Of a stretch of 64,000 bases of DNA, positions 9,069 to 16,631 are shown in pieces. Position 1 is the first letter of the stretch; the number at the start of each line of letters is the position of its first letter. Where the stretch lies: the NCBI GenBank assembly GCA_022750055.1, contig JAKIWL010000004.1, forward strand, positions 36,405 through 100,404. The letters run 5' to 3'. A model generated the notes under the pieces. It was not told where the DNA came from. It saw only the letters and a list, made by a program, of their open reading frames with translations, and made no database searches. The DNA comes from Thermoplasmata archaeon. Lineage in GTDB: Archaea; Thermoplasmatota; Thermoplasmata; Lutacidiplasmatales; UBA184. Made by a program: the position numbers and the translations under genes.

Positions 9069-9398
9069 CTACCGGCTGGTGGAAAGCCAGCTTGCGAGCG
9101 GGAGGAGGCTCTGGTAGAGCGAGGTACCGGAGGGCGTGAGCGAGTAGGCTTGCACGGGTCCGCGACGACCCTCGATCGGGACGCGGCGGATCAGGCGGGT
9201 CCGTTCGAGGGCGCGGAGCGTCGAGGTCAGCGTGGCGGGGCTCACGCCGGAGAGGCATTTCTGGATCGGGCCGAAACGCACCGTCCCGTACTTGCCCAAG
9301 AGTGACACCACGCAGACCGCCCACTTCTTTCCCACGACGTCGATCAGTCCGATCGGGGGGCACGGGCACTCGAGCTCCCCAAGGCAGCACGACGACAC
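9069..9398 (-). CDS. HxlR/DUF24-family winged-helix transcriptional regulator with Cys-rich N-terminus
   Basis: 109 aa. Motifs CPCPPIGLIDVVGKKWAVCVVSLL and VSPATLTSTLRALERTRLIRRV are typical HxlR. The N-terminus MSSCCLGELECPC carries 4 Cys. Confidence 0.85.
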   Translation of the reverse strand: MSSCCLGELECPCPPIGLIDVVGKKWAVCVVSLLGKYGTVRFGPIQKCLSGVSPATLTSTLRALERTRLIRRVPIEGRRGPVQAYSLTPSGTSLYQSLLPLASWLSTSR

Positions 9399-9427
9399 TA
9401 TCGGCGTACGTAGCGGACCGTTATTAC

Positions 9428-9446
9428 TACTTCAACTATTGAAGTA
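9428..9446. promoter_or_regulatory. Perfect 8-3-8 inverted repeat TACTTCAA-cta-TTGAAGTA (putative HxlR operator), next to a TTATTA/TAATAA box at 9421..9426
   Basis: Read directly from the 57-bp AT-rich divergent spacer between hxlR (start 9398) and the Cys-rich smORF (start 9456). Confidence 0.45.
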
Positions 9447-9455
9447 ACGAGGACC

Positions 9456-9563
9456 ATGAGCGAACCCTCTGACCCGGCGCCGTGTTGCGACCCGACGAAC
9501 TGCTGTCCTGGAGGATGTTGCCCACCCGGCTGCCCGCCCGGTTGTTGTGACGAATGCCCCTGA
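9456..9563 (+). CDS. Cysteine-rich 35-aa peptide (metallothionein-like), MSEPSDPAPCCDPTNCCPGGCCPPGCPPGCCDECP
   Basis: ATG at 9456 and TGA at 9561..9563, below the ORF-track size cutoff. 10 Cys in 35 aa with 4 vicinal CC pairs. A TATA-like box lies about 30 nt upstream. Its last 10 nt overlap the arsC ATG (9554). Confidence 0.5.
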   Translation: MSEPSDPAPCCDPTNCCPGGCCPPGCPPGCCDECP

Positions 9564-10011
9564 AGCTGGAGCGGTGGGTGCTGTTCGGCTGCGTGGAGAA
9601 CTCCTGCCGATCGCTCATGGCGGAGGCGATGTTCAACGCCGGACCGCCGTCCGGATGGAGGTCGACCTCCGCCGGAACCCGACCCGCGCTTCGGGCGAAC
9701 CCCCGGACCGCATCGATGCTCCGAGTGCTCGGGCTCGAGCTTCCTCCCCATCCCCCCCATCTGCTGACCCCCCGATGCTCAAGCGAGCCAGCCACACCGT
9801 CACGATGGGCTGTCTGGACGACGCGAGCTGCCCCGCCCGCCTCGAGGCGACAGCGCCTACGGATTGGGCGCTTGCGGACCCGGCGACGCTCGATGACGAG
9901 GGGTTCCGCCGGGTTCGACGGGATCTGACGCGACTCGTCCGCGACCTTCAGACCGACCTCGCTCGAGGGGGCAGCGCTTCGCTCGAGCGGCACGACCCGA
10001 CGGTCCGATAA
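9554..10011 (+). pseudogene. arsC: Arsenate reductase, LMW-PTP type (ArsC), interrupted by a 1-nt frameshift in a poly-C tract
   Basis: The N-terminal half is in the frame of ORF 9554..9928 (FGCVENSCRSLMAEAMF, the CX5R P-loop; SAGTRPA). The C-terminal half is in the frame of ORF 9547..10011 (SHTVTMGCLDDASCP...DWALADP...FRRVRRDL). The frames switch near the C7 run (9752..9758) or the C6 run (9768..9773). Confidence 0.7.
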
Positions 10012-10235
10012 CAACGTTCACGGAAGGGCGCCGGGGGCCTCATCGGGGGGAACCGCGGCCCGGTGTGAGTCGCGACCCAACCCCCGCGCCACCGTCCGCC
10101 CCTTATTCCTGGCCGCCTGGGGGCGGGGCCGCGGCGGGTCAAGTTCTGGCAACAGGACGATCGAAGCCGATCGCCGCCCGGAGTGGACCGTCCTCCCCTC
10201 CTTTACTCAAATATCGCCTCGAGGTGGGCTCGCCG

Positions 10236-11063
10236 ATGTCCGAGCGGAGCCAAACGGCGGTCGCCCTCCACCATACGGACCAGGGTCAGGGACCGGCTCT
10301 CCTTCTTTTGCACGGCCTCGGGGGTGATCATCGGGTTTGGGAACCACTCCTACCTGGCCTCACGGGGGAATTTCGCGTCCTCGCTCCGGACCTGCGAGGG
10401 CACGGCGAGACTCCCGCTCCCGTGGGCTCCAAGCTCACTTTCACAGAGCACGTCGCCGACGTATCCCTCCTGCTCGAGACGGCTCGGGTGGACCGCGTCC
10501 ATCTGGTCGGCCTGAGCGCCGGCGGGCTCCTCGCGATACAGTTCACCCTCGACCGGCCGGAGCGGGTCGCCAGCCTCGTCTCGATCGCCGGGGCCGTGAA
10601 CGTCGACAATCACACCCGCGCGATCGCCGACCGGTGGGTCGAGACGTATCAGAAGGACGGGTTCGACGCGTACGTGTTACGCCTCGCCAAGGACCTGTAC
10701 TACCCGGACTGGGTCGAGGCCCACCTCGACATCGTCGATCGCCTTCGGGCCGACGCGGCGGGGGCCGAGTACGCAAGCCTGCTACGATGGAGGGGGGCGA
10801 TACGAGAGTTCGATGTCCGAGGGCGGGTCGGGAAGATCCGCGTTCCGACCCTCATCGTCCACGCGATGGAAGACCAGGTGATCGACGTCGCCCACGCGCG
10901 TCTGTTGCGACAGTCCATCCCCGGCGCCGAGCTCCGACTCTTCGCTCAAACGGGCCACCTCCTCCCCACCGAGCGTCCGGAGGAGGTCGGCGCGGCGATC
11001 CGGGACTGGGTCCGCAAGGTCGAAGCCCGGAACCCCGACCGCCCGAGCCGAAGCCTCCCATAG
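10236..11063 (+). CDS. Alpha/beta-fold hydrolase
   Basis: Motifs LLLLHGLGGDHRVWEP, DLRGHGET, GLSAGG (nucleophile elbow), GHLLPTERPEE. The internal ATG at 10236 is preferred and is preceded by AT-rich tcaaatat. Confidence 0.8.
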   Translation: MSERSQTAVALHHTDQGQGPALLLLHGLGGDHRVWEPLLPGLTGEFRVLAPDLRGHGETPAPVGSKLTFTEHVADVSLLLETARVDRVHLVGLSAGGLLAIQFTLDRPERVASLVSIAGAVNVDNHTRAIADRWVETYQKDGFDAYVLRLAKDLYYPDWVEAHLDIVDRLRADAAGAEYASLLRWRGAIREFDVRGRVGKIRVPTLIVHAMEDQVIDVAHARLLRQSIPGAELRLFAQTGHLLPTERPEEVGAAIRDWVRKVEARNPDRPSRSLP

Positions 11064-11078
11064 CTCGGCGAAAGGCCT

Positions 11079-11279
11079 TTGCCTTCCGGTCCGGTGGGCG
11101 TTCCCATGGCCGCCCCCAATCCCACGTCCTCGGAAGCCCGCCTCGCCAATCTCGAGCAGCTGGTGCAGGAGATGCGGGCCCGCCTCGCTGCGCTGGAACG
11201 CAAGCTCACCGATCCCGGCGAACACCCGGTCGACCAGTCCGTCGTTCGAAAGAAAGTCACCTACGACTGGCAGGCTTGA
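11079..11279 (+). CDS. Hypothetical small coiled-coil protein
   Basis: 66 aa from TTG, or 57 aa from ATG 11106. Heptad-like LANLEQLVQEMRARLAALERKL. No recognisable family. Confidence 0.35.
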   Translation: MPSGPVGVPMAAPNPTSSEARLANLEQLVQEMRARLAALERKLTDPGEHPVDQSVVRKKVTYDWQA

Positions 11280-11302
11280 GTTCACGCACCCCTCCGAAGG
11301 GC

Positions 11303-11992
11303 ATGGCCGGGTCGGCCCTTTCCGAGATCCTCTCGTCGTACCCGACCCGCTCACCGCCCGCCGGCAGAGCCGGGGGGGCCGTCTTCGCTGTCCTTCGGGA
11401 GGGGACCCAGGATATCGAGGTTCTGCTCATCGAACGGGCGACCCGGACCGGGGACCCCGCTTCGGGACAGGTCTCCCTTCCGGGGGGCCACGTGGACCCC
11501 ACCGACAGGGACCTGGAGGCGACGGCGCTGCGGGAACTCGAAGAGGAGGTTGGCTTGAGCGCGGCGGACCTGCTCGGTCCGATCCGGTATGTCGAAACGC
11601 TCGAGGCAAGGCGGTTCTCGATCTCGGTGGGAATCTTCGCGGCTTCGCTCGCCCCGACCGCACCCGTCCCGACCGCACGGAGTCCGACCGAAGTCGCGTC
11701 AATCTTCTGGATGCCCCGCCAAGCCCTGGCCACGCGCTCCTCCCTCCGGGTCCGATCCCGAGCGGGGTCCATCGAACTTCCCTCGGTCCGCCACCAGGGT
11801 CACGTCGTGTGGGGGTTCACGCTTCGCATCCTCGAACGGCTCCTCGGCCCCGCGACCGATCGGTCCCGGTCGGCCGGGGAGCCTACGGGGCCCGCGGCTC
11901 CGCCGGTTTCGGCTTCGGCGGGGACCAGGGCGAGTCGAGCCAGGCCTCGTAGATCTGTTTCTGCAGCTCGGAAGGCTCGGCGATCGCGCTGA
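11303..11992 (+). CDS. NUDIX hydrolase (CoA pyrophosphatase-like)
   Basis: Nudix box GGHVDPTDRDLEATALRELEEEVGL. Only the C-terminal 229 aa of track ORF 10337..11992 look coding. ATG at 11303. Confidence 0.75.
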   Translation: MAGSALSEILSSYPTRSPPAGRAGGAVFAVLREGTQDIEVLLIERATRTGDPASGQVSLPGGHVDPTDRDLEATALRELEEEVGLSAADLLGPIRYVETLEARRFSISVGIFAASLAPTAPVPTARSPTEVASIFWMPRQALATRSSLRVRSRAGSIELPSVRHQGHVVWGFTLRILERLLGPATDRSRSAGEPTGPAAPPVSASAGTRASRARPRRSVSAARKARRSR

Positions 11993-13682
11993 AAACGAGC
12001 GTCTCGGGCGGTGCCTGGCCGGTCGTGACCGTCCGGTGCGCCAGATAGCCCCGACGGAAGATCGCAAGGTCGACCGACGACCCCGCCGGGTATCGTTTGA
12101 GCGCGTTGCCGAACTGTTCGAACGGGACGCGCACGTGGTCGAGCGCGACGATCTCATCTCCGGGGGAGAGCCCGGCCCGACGTCCGGGCGAGCCGTCGCG
12201 GACGGTGCGAACCCTGGCCCAACCGTTCGACTTCTCGAAATCGATCCCGAGGTACCCCGCCGGACCGTCCTCCCCCGGCTCGGGCTTCTTCTCCAAGGGC
12301 GCGAGCGCGAGTCCGGCGTATCGGGCAAACGAACCGAAGTCGATCTCCTCGGTCCCGCTGACGAACCGACCGAAGAACTCGCCGAGGGCGAGGCCCGTGG
12401 CGCGCTCGGCGATGGGGAGCAGTTCATCCTCGTCGAGGCCGATCTCCCGCGCCCCGTACTCCTTCCACAGGGTCCGAAACACTTCGTCGAGGCTCGAGCG
12501 GTTCTCGCTGCGATGTCGGACCTCCAGGTCGAGGCACAGGGAGACGAGCGCGCCCTTGAGGTAGTAGGAGACCGATTGATTGGGCGTCTCCTCGTACCAG
12601 TGGTACTGGTCGATCCAGGAAAGGAACGACGCCTCCTCGAGGCTGGTGACGAGGCGACCGGGGGTCTCGAGGTACTGATGGATGTCCTTGGCGATGCGCT
12701 CCAAGTACTGGGTGGGGGAGGTCAGACCGGCCCGACGCAACAGCAACGGGGCGTAGTAGTCCGTCGTCCCCTCCATCGCCCACAACAGGTGGGTGTAGTT
12801 CTCGCGCGTGTAATCGAACGGACCGAGGGCCTTCGGACGGATCCGCTTGACGTTGAACCGGTGGAAATATTCGTGGCTGGTCAACCTCAGGAACCCCACG
12901 TAGTCCGACTCCGGCCGAAAGACCGTCCTCGGGACGACCATCGAGCTCGAGCGACGATGCTCGAGCCCGCCTTCGAGGCGGTCGGTGAGGTGGTAGAAGA
13001 ACGTGTACGGCTCGTTCGGGAGCTCCCCAAAGAGCCTCGCGGTCGCCTCGACGATCTTCGTCACGTCCCCCTCGAGACGGTGGGCCTCGTAGTTCCCGCC
13101 CTGCCCGCACAGGACGATGCGGTGTGCCACCCCCTTCGGGGCGATCGGAAGGACGACCGGGGTGCCGCAATCCACCGGAGAGTCGACGAGCTCGTCGTAG
13201 GTCGCGGCGCGGAAGGTCGGAGGAACGCGCTCGACCTCTCGAAGCTCGGTCAGGATCCTCCATTCGGGCCGTACGTGGAGCTCGAGGTCGCATTCGCCGT
13301 CCTTGTGCCCGTCCACATACGGTAGGCAGTACGCCGCGTTCAGGAACAGGTGCTCGTCGGTCACATCGAGCGTCCGGGTGAGGAGTTCGTGCCCGTAGAC
13401 GGAGTACTCGATCCGGACCGCCGGCTCCGGCCCGACCGTGATCCGCCAACGGGACTTGTCCATCCTCTCCGTTACCAGGGCCGATCCGGAGGGCGTGGCC
13501 ACCGCACGTAACCCCCGAACGTTCCGGGCGATGGGCCGGATCGTGTAGGATCCCGGAACCCAGCTCGGGAACACGACGTCGATCGGGCCCGAGTCGAGTC
13601 CTTCCAGCCGCAGGGTGATCTCGGCCCGGTGCGCCGCCGGTCGGTCCAGCCCCACGGAATAGGTGATCCGCATCCTCTTCAC
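11883..13682 (-). CDS. M61 family glycyl aminopeptidase with C-terminal PDZ domain
   Basis: 599 aa. HEYFH zinc motif (SHEYFHRFNVKRIRP) and PDZ-like GLSPGDEIVALD. Confidence 0.8.
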   Translation of the reverse strand: MKRMRITYSVGLDRPAAHRAEITLRLEGLDSGPIDVVFPSWVPGSYTIRPIARNVRGLRAVATPSGSALVTERMDKSRWRITVGPEPAVRIEYSVYGHELLTRTLDVTDEHLFLNAAYCLPYVDGHKDGECDLELHVRPEWRILTELREVERVPPTFRAATYDELVDSPVDCGTPVVLPIAPKGVAHRIVLCGQGGNYEAHRLEGDVTKIVEATARLFGELPNEPYTFFYHLTDRLEGGLEHRRSSSMVVPRTVFRPESDYVGFLRLTSHEYFHRFNVKRIRPKALGPFDYTRENYTHLLWAMEGTTDYYAPLLLRRAGLTSPTQYLERIAKDIHQYLETPGRLVTSLEEASFLSWIDQYHWYEETPNQSVSYYLKGALVSLCLDLEVRHRSENRSSLDEVFRTLWKEYGAREIGLDEDELLPIAERATGLALGEFFGRFVSGTEEIDFGSFARYAGLALAPLEKKPEPGEDGPAGYLGIDFEKSNGWARVRTVRDGSPGRRAGLSPGDEIVALDHVRVPFEQFGNALKRYPAGSSVDLAIFRRGYLAHRTVTTGQAPPETLVFSAIAEPSELQKQIYEAWLDSPWSPPKPKPAEPRAP

Positions 13683-13736
13683 CGAAGGTGGGGAGCGGTC
13701 GAGGGTCGGTCAGCGCGGACGCGATGCGACCGGGGC

Positions 13737-13958
13737 TCACCCAAAGCCGGGGATCTCCCGGTCGTTCGATTCCTTCGGGCCCTTCTGGTAGGGATCGGCC
13801 GCGACTCCCAGCTGGATCGCGAGTCCCTTGAACGTCTTCGTCAGCTCCGAGACCGCCTGCGCGAGCTCCTGTTGCTCCTTTCGAAGGTCGGCGAGCTCCT
13901 GTCGGAGCACGCCGAGCTCGGCGAGAAGGCGGTCCGTCCCACCCGATTCCGACCCCAC
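13737..13958 (-). CDS. Hypothetical small coiled-coil protein
   Basis: 73 aa. LLAELGVLRQELADLRKEQQELAQAVSELTKTF. No family recognised. Confidence 0.4.
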   Translation of the reverse strand: MGSESGGTDRLLAELGVLRQELADLRKEQQELAQAVSELTKTFKGLAIQLGVAADPYQKGPKESNDREIPGFG

Positions 13959-14009
13959 CGGTTCGCTCCGCCGGGGCCGACGACAGCCACCTACTTATCG
14001 AGTCTCGGG

Positions 14010-14639
14010 TCAGCGGCGACCGCCGGAGGGCCCGAAGGGGCTGTCGGAGCGTCCGAGTTCCTCGAAGGCCGTCCAGTCCCGCCGTTCGGGCGAGAAGTCG
14101 ACGCGCTCGAGCTCGATGACGAACCGTTTCAGGAGTTCCTCCGGGGCCGGGCGGACCCGGAAGGAATAGACGTAGATCCCGAACCCCATGAAGTCGGAGA
14201 TCCTCCGGAGGGCCTCGGCCAGGTCCTCCCTGGGTACCTCCACGCGGATCGTCGTCTCCCCGAGCATCTGGGAGAACTCGTCGAGGTTGAACGGCCGTTC
14301 GAGCGAGATGAGCGGCATCCCCGCCGGTGGACCCGCCATTCCCGGGCTCGGGGGGGCGGGGGGCGCGGAGGGGGGGTCGGAGGGGACCGGGACGCTCGCG
14401 ACGACAGAGGGTGGGGTCGAGGGAGCCGCCCCGGCCGAAGGGGACGACGGGGCCTTCGCGGAGGGCGTCGGGGGCCCGCGTACCGACAACGATGGGTCCT
14501 TGGGAGGGTAGCGGTCCAGAACGGGCGAACCGTCCCTCCCGACGAACCCGGGGGGGGAGGCCCGGCCCGGGGGCCCCGATTGGGCCTTCCTCAGGTTCGC
14601 CGGTCGGCTGGACCGTTTGGCGGGACGCTTGCGGGGCAT
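14010..14639 (-). CDS. Hypothetical protein with Pro/Ser/Ala-rich N-terminal half and globular C-terminal domain
   Basis: 209 aa. Basic N-terminus MPRKRPAKRSSRP, about 100 aa of low complexity, then a roughly 100-aa ordered-looking domain (ISLERPFNLDEF...FVIELERVDF). Confidence 0.45.
   Translation of the reverse strand: MPRKRPAKRSSRPANLRKAQSGPPGRASPPGFVGRDGSPVLDRYPPKDPSLSVRGPPTPSAKAPSSPSAGAAPSTPPSVVASVPVPSDPPSAPPAPPSPGMAGPPAGMPLISLERPFNLDEFSQMLGETTIRVEVPREDLAEALRRISDFMGFGIYVYSFRVRPAPEELLKRFVIELERVDFSPERRDWTAFEELGRSDSPFGPSGGRR
14350..14385 (+). repeat. G-quadruplex-type motif G7-c-G6-cgcgga-G7-tcgga-G4
   Basis: Read directly. Four G-tracts of at least 4 with loops of 6 nt or less. It lies on the strand opposite the Pro-rich coding sequence of 14010..14639. 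Confidence 0.5.
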
Positions 14640-14863
14640 GGCGCTCGACCTAAGGGATGACGGGCTAAAACGGCGACTCCTCTCGCGATGTTCGGGGTCA
14701 TTCCGGGTCGTTCCACGGGGGGGGTTGTCGCGTCGTCGTCCGTGCGAAACCTCGTCACACGGGTGGGGTTATGTCGCGGCTAAGACGACAGATGGGTTAT
14801 GTAGGATGGGGTTGCTGGCCGCACCAAGGCCTGGATTGCCCGGGCCTGGAAAGTAGGGAGAAA

Positions 14864-16573
14864 ATGCCGGCGCGAGTCATGAAGGAGTTCCAGGCCCCGA
14901 GGGGCCTGCCAAGGAAGACGGCCTCCGTCTGCCCCGAATGCATCAAGGTCATCCCGGCCGTCGTACGAGAGAAGGACGGACGCGTCATCATGGAGAAGAC
15001 CTGTCGGGTTCACGGGTACTTCTGGGACATCATCTCGAACGACGTCGACTTCTACCTGCGGATGGAGGTCTACGCCCACGACGGGGTGGGTTACGAGAAC
15101 CCCTACTACGACAAGTTCCGCGGCTGCCCGACCACCTGCGGGATGTGCAGCCACCACAAGTCCCACACGGGACTCGCCCTGATGGACCTAACCAACCGGT
15201 GCAATCTGAAGTGCCCGGTCTGCTTCGCGAACGCCAACGCGGCCGGCTACGTCTACGAGCCGACGCGCGAGCAGATCCACTTCATGCTGAAGACCCTGCG
15301 CGAGCAGAAGCCGGTGGGCGCGGTCGCGGTCCAGTTCTCGGGCGGCGAACCGACCCTCTCCCCGCTCTTCCTCGACGCCTGCAGCATGGCGCGGGACCTC
15401 GGGTTCAAGCAGATCCAGGTCGCGACGAACGGCATCCGGGTCGCTAACGAGCCCGGCTTCGCCCAGGCGGCTCGGAACTCGGGCCTGCACACCCTCTACC
15501 TGCAGTTCGACGGCCTGGACGACGAGATCTACCGAAAGGTCCGGGGGGTCCCGCTCCTAAAGGTCAAGCAGAAGGCCATCGAGGCGGCCCGTCAGACCCA
15601 CTCCTCGGCCGAGGAGCTCGCCAGCGGCAAGCCCGACAAGCCCCTGTCGGTCGTGCTCGTTCCGACGCTCGTCGGAGGCTTCAATGAGAAGGAGATCTGG
15701 CCGACGGTGAAGTTCGCCATCGACAACCTGGACGTCGTCCGGGGGGTCAACTTCCAGCCGGTCGCCCTGACGGCGCGTATCCCGGACAAGGACCGCTTCC
15801 AGATGCGGTTCACCCAGTCCGACCTGGTGCGGATCCTGTGCACCGAGGGACCGTTCGAGAAGTCCGACTTCTTCCCGGTCCCGTCGGTCGCCCCCATCTC
15901 CGAACTCGCGTCGATCATCCACGGCGAGGAGAAGATGACCCTGACGACCCACCCCGGGTGCGGCTGCGCGACGTTCGCCTTCGTCTCGAAGGACGGACAG
16001 AAGATCACGCCGCTCCCCCGGTTCATGGACGTCGACGGCTTCTTCGAGAACGTCGAGGCGATGATCGAGAAGTACCGGGATGCCCGCTTCGCGCGGGTCC
16101 GGACCGCCGTGGCCGGGGCGAAGCTCCTGCACGACGTGTCGAAGTACTTCGATTTCGCGAAGGCGCCGGAGGGCCTCAACGAGAAGAACTGCGTGAAGAT
16201 GATCGCCGCGATCTTCACCGAGGGCAACAAGGAGGCGCTCGCCAAGTTCACCTGGCGGACGCTCTACATCGGGAACATGCACTTCCAGGACGCGTACGAC
16301 TACGATATCCAGCGCCTGATGCGCTGCGACATCCACTACTCCGTCCCGGACGGGCGCATCATCCCGTTCTGCTCGTACAACTCGGGCCCCATCTACAGGA
16401 CGGAGGTCGAGAAGAAGTTCTCGATCCCGATCCCCGATTGGCAGAAGGCGAAGTCCCAAAGCGGACTCACGCTGAAGACCATCGAGACGATGGGGATCAA
16501 CGGGGAGGTCATCGTGGACGCGGAATACTACAAGGTCCGTGCCCTCAAGGGCGCCCCCGGGATGTCGAGCTAG
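14864..16573 (+). CDS. tes: Radical SAM enzyme of the MJ0619 / tetraether lipid synthase (Tes, GDGT-MAS) type
   Basis: CNLKCPVCFANA radical-SAM CX3CX2C motif. N-terminal rubredoxin-like CPECIKV...KTCRVHG. 569 aa from ATG 14864, preceded by GGGAG. The Tes assignment comes from recalled family architecture, not a search. Confidence 0.6.
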   Translation: MPARVMKEFQAPRGLPRKTASVCPECIKVIPAVVREKDGRVIMEKTCRVHGYFWDIISNDVDFYLRMEVYAHDGVGYENPYYDKFRGCPTTCGMCSHHKSHTGLALMDLTNRCNLKCPVCFANANAAGYVYEPTREQIHFMLKTLREQKPVGAVAVQFSGGEPTLSPLFLDACSMARDLGFKQIQVATNGIRVANEPGFAQAARNSGLHTLYLQFDGLDDEIYRKVRGVPLLKVKQKAIEAARQTHSSAEELASGKPDKPLSVVLVPTLVGGFNEKEIWPTVKFAIDNLDVVRGVNFQPVALTARIPDKDRFQMRFTQSDLVRILCTEGPFEKSDFFPVPSVAPISELASIIHGEEKMTLTTHPGCGCATFAFVSKDGQKITPLPRFMDVDGFFENVEAMIEKYRDARFARVRTAVAGAKLLHDVSKYFDFAKAPEGLNEKNCVKMIAAIFTEGNKEALAKFTWRTLYIGNMHFQDAYDYDIQRLMRCDIHYSVPDGRIIPFCSYNSGPIYRTEVEKKFSIPIPDWQKAKSQSGLTLKTIETMGINGEVIVDAEYYKVRALKGAPGMSS

Positions 16574-16631
16574 GCCTCCTAGAGAGGTCGTCTGGGTCTC
16601 AACCCTTTCCAATACCGACGATTCGGCGCGC

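Noticed and set aside
10337-11992. 551-aa ORF treated as a single gene.
   Set aside because: The first roughly 320 codons overlap the alpha/beta hydrolase and the small coiled-coil ORF in another frame and are Arg/Pro-rich junk. Only the C-terminal 229 aa (from ATG 11303) carry the Nudix box.
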